DNA of 63,062 nucleotides, the filler included, from Octopus bimaculoides (lineage: Eukaryota), in NCBI RefSeq assembly GCF_001194135.2. It is 7 parts of 6 records of this genome, joined end to end, with 100 filler letters (N's around TTAATTAATTAA, not from the genome) between each part and the next. Parts side by side here need not be neighbours in the genome. Positions count along the whole stretch, not along the records: positions 1 to 25,086 come from NC_068987.1; positions 25,187 to 29,946 come from NW_026329892.1; 5 more parts are not named here. The stretch is one strand, 5' to 3'. Position numbers and translations under genes: made by a program. Position 1 is the first letter of the stretch. Every line of letters begins with the position of its first letter. Of this stretch, positions 12,186 through 25,716 are shown piece by piece. The notes under the pieces were generated by a model, which worked only from the letters and a program-made list of their open reading frames with translations, had not been told where the DNA came from and ran no database searches.

Positions 12186-12993
12186 TCATTAGAAGTTACA
12201 GAATGACAATGGACAAATTTCTGTTTGATAAGTGCCAATAGATGAATCTCTCAGCTTTTGACTTACTCTCTAACTTCTAAAATCTCATCAGACAATCGAA
12301 CCAATGAAAGAGCCTCTACCTGATCACTCAATATGCTAAAAATAGCAGCCAAAGTATCCCCCTACCTAAATCACACGCCCATTGTATGTAATGTCCTAGA
12401 TTATCCCTTAAAAGACTGTTTGCTGAAGGCTGGAATGTCTTTGATGATACGTTTGCAGTATCAGGGTTTATTTGAGGCTAAATAACAACAACATATGGTC
12501 AATTTCTATATTAACACCCACATGATGTTCACTAAGAAAAAAGGAAAAAATTGATATTTTGCGTGGAATCAAGTACCCTGACCTAATATGCTGCAAATTC
12601 CTTATTTTGGTTCAGAAAAAATGAGGTGGGGGGTTTCCCCCCCAATTTCGGAATCATTGGAAATTTTTTTTTTGTTGCATGAATTCCTGTGACCTCCTAA
12701 TATTGCAGAATTAGGTTACTTAAGGTGAGCCTGGTAACTGATGGTTTTGGGTTCTTGTAACGTTTGGTGAGCCATGGTGCAACGAACAACATGGTAAAAA
12801 TCCATGCCATTAATTTGGTGTGAATGGGTAATATCAAATAATTCAATCACAACATACATTTAAACTAAACATGAAAAAAATTACATGGAAAAATTGAAAT
12901 ATTATCTTTCAGTATTTTAGAAGGTAAAATCTTAAATTATTAATTGACATATTATTAATTATCTTATAACAGCAATGCCTGAAAAAATCATGG

Positions 12994-13516
12994 ATTACAT
13001 GGAAAAATGCGAGCATGAAAAGTCATATTCTTAAGATTATAAACCTGAAAAAGTACAGGATAAGTTATTACACCTGTAAAAGTATAGGACAAGCTATTAC
13101 ATCTAGTAAAGTAAAGAATAAGAAACTTTTTACTCAAAATATTTCAGCTAAAATTAAAATTTGAATATTAAAACTTATTTTATTATAGTTTACAAATAAC
13201 ACTATACTTATTTAAGTAGAATTTGGTTAATTTACTACCTTAAATACAGAAAAAAGTGACTAATTAGACAAACTTACAAATTAGCAGAACAGTTTTGTAC
13301 AATAAATTTAAAAGATGAGAACTGTAAAGAATATTAAATTAGAAGAACTAGCATTCTTTGCTGCAATATATTTTAAGTAAAACGTTTCTTATTCTTTACT
13401 TTACTAGAAGTAATAGCTTGTCGTATACTTTTACAGGTGTAATAACTTGTCCTGTACTTTTCCAGGTTTATAATCTTAAGAATATGACTTTTCATGCTTT
13501 CATTTTTCCATGTAAT
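12994..13516. mobile_element. Foldback/MITE-like element with ~160-bp terminal inverted repeats
   Basis: 12994-~13150 (attacatggaaaaatg...aagtcatattcttaagattataaacctg...gtaaagaataagaaac) is the reverse complement of ~13360-13516, around an AT-rich spacer. A core of 12998-13512 would be flanked by TA on both sides. Confidence 0.85.
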
Positions 13517-13707
13517 ACATATATGAGTTTAAAACTTTCTTTTAACATTCCACTTAACGTCTATATTTCATGCTGGCATGGGTTGTAGAGTTATTAATGT
13601 AGAAAGTTGGTGTCTCAGCTACTAGCAGTTGAGACCTGCATAATCTAGACAGCGTTTTAAAATTATATTATTCTCTTTAATCTGGGCAACACCAGGTATT
13701 TCTTCTA

Positions 13708-13747
<40 letters not shown>

Positions 13748-14522
13748 NNNNNNNNNNNNNNNNNNNNNNNNNNNNNNNNNNNNNNNNNNNNNNNNNNNNN
13801 NNNNNNNNNNNNNNNNNNNNNNNNNNNNNNNNNNNNNNNNNNNNNNNNNNNNNNNNNNNNNNNNNNNNNNNNNNNNNNNNNNNNNNNNNNNNNNNNNNNN
13901 NNNNNNNNNNNNNNNNNNNNNNNNNNNNNNNNNNNNNNNNNNNNNNNNNNNNNNNNNNNNNNNNNNNNNNNNNNNNNNNNNNNNNNNNNNNNNNNNNNNN
14001 NNNNNNNNNNNNNNNNNNNNNNNNNNNNNNNNNNNNNNNNNNNNNNNNNNNNNNNNNNNNNNNNNNNNNNNNNNNNNNNNNNNNNNNNNNNNNNNNNNNN
14101 NNNNNNNNNNNNNNNNNNNNNNNNNNNNNNNNNNNNNNNNNNNNNNNNNNNNNNNNNNNNNNNNNNNNNNNNNNNNNNNNNNNNNNNNNNNNNNNNNNNN
14201 NNNNNNNNNNNNNNNNNNNNNNNNNNNNNNNNNNNNNNNNNNNNNNNNNNNNNNNNNNNNNNNNNNNNNNNNNNNNNNNNNNNNNNNNNNNNNNNNNNNN
14301 NNNNNNNNNNNNNNNNNNNNNNNNNNNNNNNNNNNNNNNNNNNNNNNNNNNNNNNNNNNNNNNNNNNNNNNNNNNNNNNNNNNNNNNNNNNNNNNNNNNN
14401 NNNNNNNNNNNNNNNNNNNNNNNNNNNNNNNNNNNNNNNNNNNNNNNNNNNNNNNNNNNNNNNNNNNNNNNNNNNNNNNNNNNNNNNNNNNNNNNNNNNN
14501 NNNNNNNNNNNNNNNNNNNNNN

Positions 14523-14559
<37 letters not shown>

Positions 14560-17500
14560 TTTCTTGATGAATTAGTGTTTAAGTACAATAAAAATATATC
14601 CAATGAATTTAAGAATTCACTTATTAATTACCATGTTATTAGACTCTTATATATTATTATTTCAATGCAATAGTCATAAATAGAATGAATTTGCCTATTT
14701 ATAGATTGACTAAAATGACTGATCAGAGCAACAAGGAGGTGATCAATATCACAATAATTCTCTTCTCACAACTACAAATTATCCTTTATCTGAATTGGAA
14801 AAATGTAGAAAACCCTACATTTTTTCCTTTTAATTATAAATCATCTATTTGTATTGAAAAGAATATTCCATTCTACAACAAGCACAAGGCTTGAGATGCT
14901 ATCTTGCTTTCAGAATGTAGTCATTCTGGCTTGTGTGTCCACCAGATTGATAGGTGATTAGGTGATGTCTTGAAATTAGTGTTGCAGATCATTTGGTCAT
15001 GTCTGTTGACATCAACAGCCACAAAGAAGATAAGGACATTGTCATTTGTCTGTGAAAGGGCATTATAAAAACAGTCCTTTTGTTCATCTGGGAGTCCTGA
15101 TTCAAGAGCATAAGTGAGATAATTGTTACAGTTATGTTTTCCAAGACTAATTTAAACTTAATTACCACCTGTGACTTTGTTTTGTATTCCATCACACTGT
15201 AACTACCTTAATCACTTTATCTGCCCATTTCTCATTTGAAAAGAAGTTTCGTAGAAATGTTTGCCTGCAGGTAAACTGCTCTTGCACATATTCAGATATA
15301 CAAATATTAATATAACTGCACAAATGAAACATTATTTCCCCAGTTCCTCAAACATACAGGGTCAAGATAAAAAAACAAAAACTTCTTGAAAATTTTTACT
15401 TAGAACAAATACAACTCTTAGATGAATACATATTACATGAATATTAATACAGTCTAAAATAAAGGAGTCTCTAAGTCTCTACAAGGTTAATGAAAAGCTT
15501 ACTTAGAACTAGAAAATAATGCTCGAGAATTTTTACTTAAGATGCTATAGCACTTAAATACACACATTACAAGAGTATTAATACATTCTAAAAGGAAATT
15601 TTTATTATTGGCCACAAACAAGCTGTGTACACACACACACACTCACATAAAAGTGTGTGTGTAATCATCTAAGAATTAATAAGTCAGAAAAATAGGCATG
15701 CATTCATATATTTGTCAATCGAGTTGGTATGTTCATCAAAACATACATTATTATAGCTCCCTTATTGCTAATTTTACTAATTGGTTTTGCACAGGATAGT
15801 AAGTAATCAAACAATTATCTAATAACTGCAATCATGAGAGTTGGCTATCATAGAAAAAATAGAGACTGCTCTCTGTTACTGAAGCTCATATCTAGTGAAT
15901 GTTGTGAAAAAGATGAAATGAAGTTACAGAAGACAATCAAACGATTGGATCCATCAAAGTTATGTTCTTTGTCCCCAAGAAACCTGAATGGTTGTTGTCA
16001 GTAAAATTAGAGTGAGGATTTTGCTGTCAACCATTACTCAGGCTTTTTCAGAACAAGAAATATAACTCCTTATGAATCCTCTTCAATTATTACCTGTGAC
16101 TGTTTCATCTTTTACACAGCACCCACAAACTAAATGTAACACTTCATCACTTCCAGTTATGGAAAGTAGTCATCATTTTTTCCATGCCAGTCAACTATGA
16201 CATACACAGTTATAAGATAATTTTCTGATTACTTAATATTCTGTACAAATTTAATTGGTAAAAGCAGCTGTAAAAAGATCTCCAACACTGTATACTTTGG
16301 TTAATATATAAGTGTGTATGTGTACACACCACACTCAGATAACATAGTTATATAGAGCATGGGTTATATAAGTACAGAAGTATAAAATGCATATCTATAT
16401 TTATACAAACATCTTATGTAGCTATATGAAAATACACTTTTCCAAGATGTGTGCCTCTTAGCAGAATAATATTCTCAAGTTCTCATTGAATTGTGTTGTC
16501 TAATGGTGATTGTATACTTCTGAAAATACTGATCTTTCTATATTTTTAATACACTTAGTGTCCTAATTATAGGCATAATACTGATTTCATGCCTGATATT
16601 TTATTATCTCTATATTTAGATCTTTGGATTTGGATAGAAATAGCATCTCTTTGATTGAAATGTTTATGTCCATTGAGCATGACAAATCAATCAGAATGCA
16701 AATTGTTACTGTTGTTGCTCATGCTGTCAAAGCATGTTAATTTGATCTCTGCAAGATATGATTTGCTAACTAGTTTTAAATGTATGAAATTTCTATTTTA
16801 CTTTAACAGCAGAAGGAAGTTATATTATAATTTATCATAATATTTGCCCTTTGGGGAGCAAAAAGACTATTTAATAAAACAGTTTTGGTTCAACATGTCA
16901 TAATTTCTTTTGTTTTTTTTTTAACAATATATCCCCTTAAATAATTACTTAAATATTTCTGCAAATACAAGCAAGATAAAAATAACATATGCACAAACAC
17001 TTTACACTGATGCACAAACATTTTCAAAGAGAAAAATAGGGACTTTTCAAGCACTAAAAGTACCTTTAATGCATGCTTTATAACTAGATCTGCAAGAGTA
17101 GCCTTCATATACACAAGCATTTTTCACAAAGATAAATGGAAAAATAGTATTTTCTTAATACTTTAAACAAGGTGTTTCCAAATATGAACAACACCCCAAC
17201 CCCAGAGAAAAATTATAGCAACTCTGTGTTAATAAACTCTTTGTTTCCTTACCCAAGTAATCTATTTGGGATCTGGGAAGGAGAAACTGACATACATATG
17301 CCTTGTTAAATATGGAAGAGTTCAGTAGAACCTCAAAAGAGTTTGAAGGAAGCTATAGGTTATATGTGGAACAATATTGCAAACATGACAGACAAACTGT
17401 ATGCAACCATCAGCAAAATAATGTATAAAACATTTTAGCAGTGACTCAAACTCCAGCACACAAGATAACAAAACACTTAGATGATTAGATAACAGTAAGA

Positions 17501-17699
17501 GACATTAGTAGTGATGCTAATCACTAATTTGTCTTCACCTTTGTGGAACATTGTGAGCAGGCAATAAGTTTGGAGATCATGAAAATAACATTGGGATGTT
17601 AGGAGGGGGTATTAGTACATATTTCCAAGTTCTTATAACCCCTCAAGACCACAGAGTCATAGCAGAACACTGCCCCAATATGCTTACAAAACCTAGAGC

Positions 17700-17880
17700 A
17701 ATGAGATAAGTGGTGATATCATATTTGAGTTAGAAAAATCCACTTGAGGGCTTTCTACTCCTTGGAGTTAAAAAACAATAGCGGAAGGATCCAAAGGTTG
17801 CTGTTCTAAATGTTCCATCTGTTCAAGTTTCAGACTTGATAAGGAAGATTGCCTTATCCTTTGTCCCAAGCGCTGACCAA
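17700..17880 (+). mobile_element. Possible L1/Tx1-like ORF1 remnant (zinc-knuckle region)
   Basis: GDIIFELEKST*GLSTPWS*KTIAEGSKGCCSKCSICSSFRLDKEDC resembles the ..V.VEGR.P.C..C...GH....C pattern. Heavily decayed. Confidence 0.35.
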
Positions 17881-19089
17881 AATATCAGGGGACTCATTCT
17901 CCAATCACAACTAGCAGTGATAATGATGAGTAGATAGAAGAGGAGAGTCGTCCACAACAGAAATAACCAGCAACATTGACTTTGGCTTTGCTAGGGGCCA
18001 GAAAGTCTGCCTCTACCTTGTTCCCAGAATCTGATAAGCCAGAGATTTTCTTTCCCCCAACCAATTGTCTTTTGACAATGGAGAAATTATGGAATTTAGA
18101 GAGAAGTGGGGATCTATCATAAAGAAAAGGAGGAAGGGAACTCAAAAGAGAAAGAAAGGCAAACTCACTCTAAAAGCAAATAAAATGCAATAAGATGATG
18201 ACTGATGATGATGATGACAAAAAGCAGTTAGTTCATGACCATTTAAAAGATGAACCAAAACCTGATCAACAAAATAACAGAATGTTGGCCAAAGGATATG
18301 GGCTAAATACTCTAAATACAAAGAAGGAAATAGACCTGGAATATTACAAAACACATGATACACTTTTGATAAAGAAGTGTAGGAAGAGTAGAATACTTTG
18401 GCAGTATAGAGTTAAGGACAATATAGATAAATTTCAGTTGAAATACAGACTTTAAATGCATAGGTAAGTGGGGAGTATAATTAAATACAGATATGGAGAC
18501 AAATAGAGAGACGAACATAAAAATAAAGACAGAGACACAGATATATAGAGACTACAACTGACATAAAGATAGATATTAATGCACACACACGCATTATGTT
18601 TTAAGGTAACTTAGGACTCTTGTTTTTGCCTGCCTATGGCCTAGCATTCTGGTTGATTGACTGCCTGGTGATGTCATTTGTTCTGGTTGCTTGATAGTCT
18701 GGACACCTCATTTGTTTATCAAATGTCCTGGTCACTTCTTTTTTCCAATGTTCCAGTTGGCTAATTCATTTTACTTTTCTCATGTCCTAACTGCTGAATG
18801 CTTAACAACATTTTTGCTTTTTCCCAGAGTCTGGTTCTAACCAAAACATAATCCAATTGGTCAATTCTAGCATGATGTTAACAAATAGGATTAAGAAAAC
18901 TGTAATTACACAGTAGTTTAAGTTAGGGTTTCAAATGCTGCAGGAAACCCAGTACCTCAACTTTTGATTTACTTTTATTCTTTTCTACTTGTTTGCTTGA
19001 GTTGAATATACTGTATTTTCTCAATCTCTTACTTAGTTTTAGTTTTGGTTTATATTTCTTAAATATATTTTCCTTATTTAATCAGTATT

Positions 19090-19870
19090 GGACTGAAGTG
19101 TTCTTGATACATTCATATAAAGGGAAAATTTGGAATTAGGGATATTTATTTGTTGAACAAAAATCCAGTTGTTTACTAATGGGTATTTTTCTGGTACTTG
19201 GGTCTTATAATCATAGATGGTAAACCATCAATTTGTGTCCCAATGTTAATCCCATTTGTCTATGTAGTCTTTATAAAATTCTTGTTGCACAAGTTATAAT
19301 ATTTTGTCCTAATTTAAATTCACAACAAGCTTTTAATGAGGTTGATGCAGGTTCCACAATTAGGGCAATTATACCTTTGGATTACTGTACAATTGAGGTT
19401 GCATTTTTGGTGGGTAATTTGGTGCTAGTAATGTATTTAAAAGATTTTGGTTATCTATTTTGTGTGTTTTGAGTGTTGTTTATATTTGTGGATTATTCAT
19501 CAAAAATGGAATATTCTTATGGATGATGTTGCATGTTTTTGTACTTCTTGGATTGGGTTGATAATAAAGGTAAAGTGTTGAGTATATAAAGGGTACTTCT
19601 TGCTTTTTGTAATACTTGGGTGTCTATTATTTATGGTCATTCTAGTCCATTATTCATTAAAGCTATTGGGTATTGTCTTTCAAGTAATATTAGTTCATGA
19701 AGTTATTTCTCTGAGTTTTGGGATTGGATACAATTGTGCAGATTGTCCTTGCCTGGTTAAACAAGATTTATATTCATATATTTTGAATGGCATGAAAATA
19801 ATAAGAGATTTTGTTTTAAGTCTGTTGGTTTGATGTAGATATTGCTGTTGGAATTGAGAGTTCCATAACA
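19090..19870 (-). mobile_element. Penelope-like element fragment (RT thumb, linker and start of the GIY-YIG region)
   Basis: Minus-strand pieces NIYIKPTDLKQNLLLFSCHSK, ARTICTIVSNP, LHELILLERQYPIALMNNGL and NCPNCGTCINLIK follow the order of PLE motifs TDIY.KPTD..QYL.F.SCHP, LARRICTIV, RQYP..LI.NGI and C..C.TC. Confidence 0.8.
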
Positions 19871-20269
19871 ACTTCATTTACAAGGGCTTTAATTTTTATT
19901 CTTGTAAAATCATCATAGCCCTTTTGTGAGCATACAAAACTGAACATTTTCTAAAAATTCAATGAATTATTGCAGCAACTTATCCTGAGCTAACTGAACA
20001 TCCAGATACAACCTGAGTTATAGTCTCATCTGTATTATAGCAGAGCCAGTTTACCCTTAGGATTGTTCTTGTGTGTGCTGCTACAATCATTTCCTCAGTT
20101 ATTTTACTTCAGTACTTGTTTCTTTAACCAGAACCATCTGTCTTTATCCTCCTTTGTCTTTTTGAAAGTTTCTTTCCTTTAAAGTTTGATTTCCTCTTGT
20201 ACACATTTTCTCTTGCTTTTTTTATTTGATTCTGCTTATTCCATAAATAATCCTTAAGAAGAACAGTTT

Positions 20270-21420
20270 TCCTAAATAGAAACCTAAAGTATTTTCTCTA
20301 TTTTTACTGCCTCTTCAGCGCTTCTTAAACCACTTCCATCTGTTCTTTTCAATCCACATTCGATTGGATTTGTATGCTTCTGTACATTGTGAGCTTCTTT
20401 CTTGTTTTCTCGATTCCCCGTTGATAAGTTTAAACTCATCCTTTCTCCACTCAGTAATTCAAGCTCCATACCTTGTAAGTGTTACTGCCCCCAAGCTGAT
20501 CGTTTGCATATTTCTGACATGCAAGTTGTATTTTAAAATCTTTTTCTGTCTATGGAAATACTGTTTACAGAGGATTTCCTTCAATTCAATATTTAGTTTC
20601 AGTATTGCCAAATATTTATGTTTCTTCATTTGATATTTTATATTCTTATCATCAGGTAGATACAATCCAGCTTTGTAATAATTTTTCTGCTTCATCTCCA
20701 TCATAATACATTTCACAGTTCCACATATCCCAACATGACTACTAAATATTCTTAAGGTATGCGCCAAAGAATTCATTCTTGTCTTTAACACTGAGCTTTA
20801 AAATTGTCTTGTTTACACACCCAGTGGATATCCTTCCTTAGCATTGTTCAACATGATCAACAAAGTGATCACTGTGATGACAAACAAGACAGGAGAAGAC
20901 TGTTCCTTTGCAAGATTCCTTTTCTGATTTGTATGTCTGCTAATCTTTCTCCACCACCAGATTAATTCTACTTCAAAATCTTGAACATTTCTATGGGACA
21001 AAGTCATATACTTTTCTATAACTGATCCACATGATGCATAAATTTGATAATAATCTTCCTGCAATTCCCCAAGATCATCTTGCTAATCATTAATTGATCT
21101 TTCATTCCTATGCTTTCTTTTTTTCAACAACCTTTCTGTTTATCAAGCATTAGATGTCTCTCATATAAGTGTTGCTATACCTCTTTTGTAATTATCCTTA
21201 CCAGGAGTTTTCCCATAATTGGCAGACATGTAATTGAAGACAGCATTTCCTTTCAGTTTGTCTTTCGGTATTTGGCTGGTTCTTTTGCTAGCTACAGTAC
21301 TGCATTCCTCTTTGACATGCATTCATTTTGTTGTTTCATGGAGACTTGTAAATAACTTCAGCTTGAGACCATAGACATCTGGTCCAGCAGTTTTCTCCTT
21401 TTCTGCCTTACTTTAATTGC
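20270..21420 (-). mobile_element. R4/Dong-type (RLE) non-LTR retrotransposon RT region, decayed
   Basis: KTAGPDV..., IPKDKLKGNA, TCLPIMGKLL, QKGC...KDQLMISKMIL, SSPVLFVITVITL, GLYLPDDKNIK...HKYLAIL, LGAVTLTRYGA and LKRTDGSGLRS are colinear with R4-clade RT. Confidence 0.88.
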
Positions 21421-22036
21421 TCTCAAATATTTGTTTTTTTCATGGTAACAGTTTAAATGCTCACAAATTATTTCAAATGTTCAGTATTCTTTTCCAGAAT
21501 CCTTGGTTCATGTTTTAAATAACTTTTCACTGCTGGTTTTGGGCTCAGTTCCACTACATGCCACCTTTAGCTGGTGTTTTCTACCACAGTCCCAGGCTAA
21601 TCAAACCCTTGCAAGTAAATATAATAGAGAGGCACTGAAAAAAAGCTCATCATATGAATGTGTGTGCACATGCGTATGTGCCATGTTGTCTTGACATCAC
21701 CCTAGAGTTGTAAATGAATGCCATCATCATACAAGCAATGTCACTCAATTCCAGTTGCTTCAGAAAACATATCTTGGTATGAGAAAATATTACCTTGCTT
21801 GGAAACAGGTGAGAGTTAGCATATACATAGGAATACATAAATAGGCATGTGCACGCGTACCTGCACATGCACGTGTGCGCGCACACACACACATACACAC
21901 ACACACACACATACACACACAAAATATATATATGCTACAGAATCCAGAGAAACCTTTGGTCCTTTCTTTTGATACATACATGTAATCACGCAGACACATA
22001 TGGATATAAATGCATATATATATATATACATATATA

Positions 22037-22067
<31 letters not shown>

Positions 22068-23506
22068 AAGCAAAATGCTAAAGAAAGAAATAAAGAAGTT
22101 TACTGACAGATTTCAATTTTCGAATAATATGGAGATTGAAGGAATTCATATTTACGTATGTAAACTCTCTGTGGAAATTATGTGTATGATAGCCATTATA
22201 CCTTTAGCAATCAACTGGTACAAGCGAAAATCCCTTTTCAATCTTTGATAAACAACATTTTTAGTTATTTCTTTGTCTTGAATGAATGTCATATATTCTG
22301 GTAAAAATATTAAGAAATAGGTAAAACAAAAGCATTTCCAAAAGTAACTTCAATGAAAATGTTACAAAACTTTGCAAAACTATTGGCTGGAATTGGATTT
22401 ATTCTGTATGATATAGATAATAGATATGCAAGAATGGTGGAGGGGGGGGGGGGAATGAACACAGCAAAACATGATTTTATAAGATATTAGATGTCTTTTG
22501 GGTTGGTAAGTCAGTCAAAGAAATGCAAACCAAATAGGAATTAGAGCTAAACAAATGGAATCTAATTCTATTAAAAGATATTACAAATATCATCTGAGAA
22601 TTGTCTGCACAAACACATATACATACACACACACGCATCTATATACTATATGTATATTCAAATACAAATTAGAAGCAGCACTGGTGTTGTAAACATTATT
22701 GACCACACTAACACAATTTATGTGTTTTGCTTATTTGCTGGTATACTACGATTAAGGATGATTTCCCTAAAGTGCTGAATGTTAAAACACCTGAAAGTCA
22801 TAGACAGGCAAGACAACTCACCCCTAATTCCATTCAGGAGCGATGGACATTGATGTTTTGCCATTTTTGTGGCTTATCAACATCATGTACCTGGACTGAA
22901 ATGGAGATTAACTGAATCACCAGTTCATGACTATATGCAAAATAGTGTAAAAACCACTTGTTGTTATGCCCCTATGGTGCATATGTAGGAATAAATCCAA
23001 ATATCAGTTAATAGCTGTGCTAGTATTACAAACGTTATTGATCACACACACCCAATGTATGTGTATGATCCCTGTTAGTGTATATGTTTTCATTCATGTA
23101 CATTAACTACAGCATTAGAGCACATTGGTTATTATTTCTGGCAATGTAAGTATTTCCTAACACCCTAGTCACATTTAGTGATATTTATAATTTTCCTTTC
23201 CGGTGAAACATTGTAAACAGCTGTTTATATTAATATTATATATACACGTTAGCAAATTGTTAAATCATCCAATAGCTTGGATGATGGAAACATAAATATC
23301 AATAGTGAAGCAGATCTGGAAAAAGTCAAACAATCAAGCGGGCTGATGTCAGTATTGACAATTCTTGGTCAGAATTTTTCCAGACACTTATGGTCCCTGT
23401 TAGTGTATATGTTTTCATTTATGTGCATTAACTACAGGATCAGGATTAGAGTGCTTTAGCTCTCATTTCTAGCAGTGTAAGAGTCTCTTAACACTCTAGT
23501 CACATG

Positions 23507-23539
<33 letters not shown>

Positions 23540-23850
23540 NNNNNNNNNNNNNNNNNNNNNNNNNNNNNNNNNNNNNNNNNNNNNNNNNNNNNNNNNNNNN
23601 NNNNNNNNNNNNNNNNNNNNNNNNNNNNNNNNNNNNNNNNNNNNNNNNNNNNNNNNNNNNNNNNNNNNNNNNNNNNNNNNNNNNNNNNNNNNNNNNNNNN
23701 NNNNNNNNNNNNNNNNNNNNNNNNNNNNNNNNNNNNNNNNNNNNNNNNNNNNNNNNNNNNNNNNNNNNNNNNNNNNNNNNNNNNNNNNNNNNNNNNNNNN
23801 NNNNNNNNNNNNNNNNNNNNNATATATATATATATATATATATATATATA

Positions 23851-24400
23851 CTAGCACTATAGCCCGGCTTTGCTCGGGATTAAGTTGGGATTATTAAGTT
23901 AATGAAGCTCTTTATTTCAAATCAAACGAAGTAACATCGACGTCAAATTTGAGTGAAATCCATTGAAATTGGTCAACTTTTGGCTGAAAATGAGTTGCAG
24001 ACAATTTGATTGGGAAATCTCATAAGGAATCGGTTTATTGATTTTTTCCACTCATCGACTTTTTTTTCTGTAGTTTTAGCTCAGAGCTGCAGTCATGCTG
24101 ATGCACCGCCATTATTTTATTTTTTTTCGTTTTGGGAGAACTTAAAGCATTCAAAGATCCCATGAGTCCTAAGTAATGCTGGCATCAAGTTTGAACAAAA
24201 TGCATCAAAATTGGTAAAAGTTATGGTTGAAAATGGGATGTAGCCAATTTTAGTGGGAAGTCCTATAAGGAATCGGTTTATCGATTTTTTTTATCCTGAT
24301 TAAATAGAAAACCCCATAAGGAATCAGTTTATTGATTTTTCACCCCAAATAGGACTTAACCGAACACAACATTGCTGATTCAAAAACATCTATATTTATA
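23851..24400 (-). mobile_element. Non-autonomous Helitron with its 3' end at 23851; 5' limit uncertain and may run to the gap at 25087
   Basis: Minus strand reads CCCGAGCAAAGCCGGG (hairpin), ctatagtg, CTAG|T, a canonical Helitron 3' terminus next to (TA)n. The motif ataaggaatc(g/a)gttta.tgattttt occurs three times inside. Confidence 0.75.
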
Positions 24401-25130
24401 CTTTAAAGTTGGTTTTCATAACCAACCCAGTTCTGCAGAATCATTGTCGCGACAGGAGCGCATGGGTTGGGAGTTTGATCGGCAGAGGTAATCAGGTTGC
24501 ATATGCCAGCTCTTTTGAAACACCACCCCCATGGTGTAACCCCCTTTGCCCATGGGTTGGGAACCCTTCTAGCAAGGAAAATAGAATGCCCAAAAGGGCC
24601 CCCGATCCCCTGTGTCAGAAGCGGTTATGTTCAGATCACAACTAAGTATATATATATGGGCAACACACACACACAAACATATACGTACATACATCTATTG
24701 CATACATGTTTTTTGTATGCCCTTGCCCCAGCCCCTGTCCCACCATCACCCCCTACCTAAGTAATGCTATCAATTGAGGCAAATTTGGCACCTGGACGTA
24801 AGTTTTGTAAGAGGCCTATCTTCTCCCACAGAAATATGAGAGTGAGATCTCTCCTTTCAAAAACATGAACAGTTTCGTAACATTGTTTACAAAATAATAG
24901 CTGATCATTTGCGAAGGAGTGTGTCTACAGTCACGACTTAGGATTTTTGCGCTGGTAACTTCTGCTCTCTTCCATGTTCACGCACGACCAGCTATATGTC
25001 GCTATGAGTAGAGCAACAGATTCAGCTAATTTGGAAATTAGTTGTGGAGAAACGGAGAATATCGTTTATATTGTGTATGTGTGTATNNNNNNNNNNNNNN
25101 NNNNNNNNNNNNNNNNNNNNNNNNNNNNNN

Positions 25131-25142
25131 TTAATTAATTAA
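25131..25142. other. Artificial scaffold linker TTAATTAATTAA inside a 100-bp gap (44 N + 12 + 44 N); also at 29991, 40670, 49827, 54388 and 61089
   Basis: An identical 12-mer giving stops in all six frames is centred in equal N runs at six places. Confidence 0.97.
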
Positions 25143-25200
25143 NNNNNNNNNNNNNNNNNNNNNNNNNNNNNNNNNNNNNNNNNNNNAGAGAGAGAGAGAG

Positions 25201-25405
25201 ATGTTTATGTGAGTGTGAATATGTTTGTGTCTGTATTCCCCCACCCCCGTAACCGCTTGGCAACCAGTAGCTTGTTCATATTCCCATTAACGAAGAGTTC
25301 GGCAAAAGAAACAGAAAATGAACCAGACTTAAAAAAAAAAGAAACAGTAAGTACTAAATCGTTTTCAGGACGGTGCCCCAGCATGGCCGCAGTTCAATGA
25401 CTGAA
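25201..25405 (+). mobile_element. SINE family B, 3' half
   Basis: ccccgtaaccgcttgg...gttcggcaaaaga...taagtact...ggtgccccagcatggccgcagt.caatgactgaa is shared with 57371-57565 and 45560-45750. Confidence 0.75.
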
Positions 25406-25430
25406 CACATTTTAAAAAGTATATATATAA

Positions 25431-25502
25431 GGTTCCAGCGAGTTTCGAACTCGCGACCTTCTGCGTGTAAAGCAGACGTGATAACCACTACACTATGGAA
25501 CC
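25431..25502 (-). tRNA. tRNA-Val (anticodon TAC)
   Basis: GGTTCCATAGTGTAGTGGTTATCACGTCTGCTTTACACGCAGAAGGTCGCGAGTTCGAAACTCGCTGGAACC. Acceptor, anticodon and T stems pair perfectly; A and B boxes present; T5 terminator ~12 nt downstream. The base at position 73 (25430) reads T. Confidence 0.9.
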
Positions 25503-25642
25503 ACAAGGTTTGGCTGTTTCTGTTAAGTTATTTAAAGATAATTAGAATATAAACACTGGGCGAGATCGTTTGATTTGGTCCAAAATTCTGCTTAATACAG
25601 ATAAATATTATGACAGTTTAATATTATGATGGAACATGTCTG

Positions 25643-25716
25643 AGTTGTTTAGCTCAATAGTACAGACCACTCAGCTGTAATCTGAGAGGTACGGAGTTCG
25701 ATTCTCTGTAGCGGCT
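25643..25716 (+). pseudogene. Decayed tRNA-like gene with a GTA anticodon loop; body identity unclear
   Basis: Anticodon arm CTCAG-CTGTAAT-CTGAG and T arm CGGAG-TTCGATT-CTCTG are intact. The acceptor stem is rich in G:U pairs with a register problem, and the D stem has a mismatch. A T-rich tract follows at ~25724-25737. Confidence 0.55.

Noticed and set aside
12768-12830. VSHG motif as a candidate catalytic-His exon
   Set aside because: An in-frame TAA lies just upstream, there is no acceptor site, and there is no DCF context.
13677-14673. Long ORFs of 250-320 aa in the ORF track here and at 43.7, 48.1, 56.6 and 61.5 kb
   Set aside because: They consist of N gaps and (TA)n/(CA)n translations (YIYI, HTHT, CVCV) and are not genes.
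17894-18145. Minus-strand ORF containing KVEADFLA...AGYF, resembling the caspase p10 motif PVEADFL
   Set aside because: It is on the opposite strand to the caspase exon, the flanking residues (YSTxPGYxSWR) do not match, and the match is short enough to be chance.
22727-22960. Moderately complex sequence with short open frames (MLICWYTTIKDDFPK...)
   Set aside because: No recognisable protein family and no clear splice sites.
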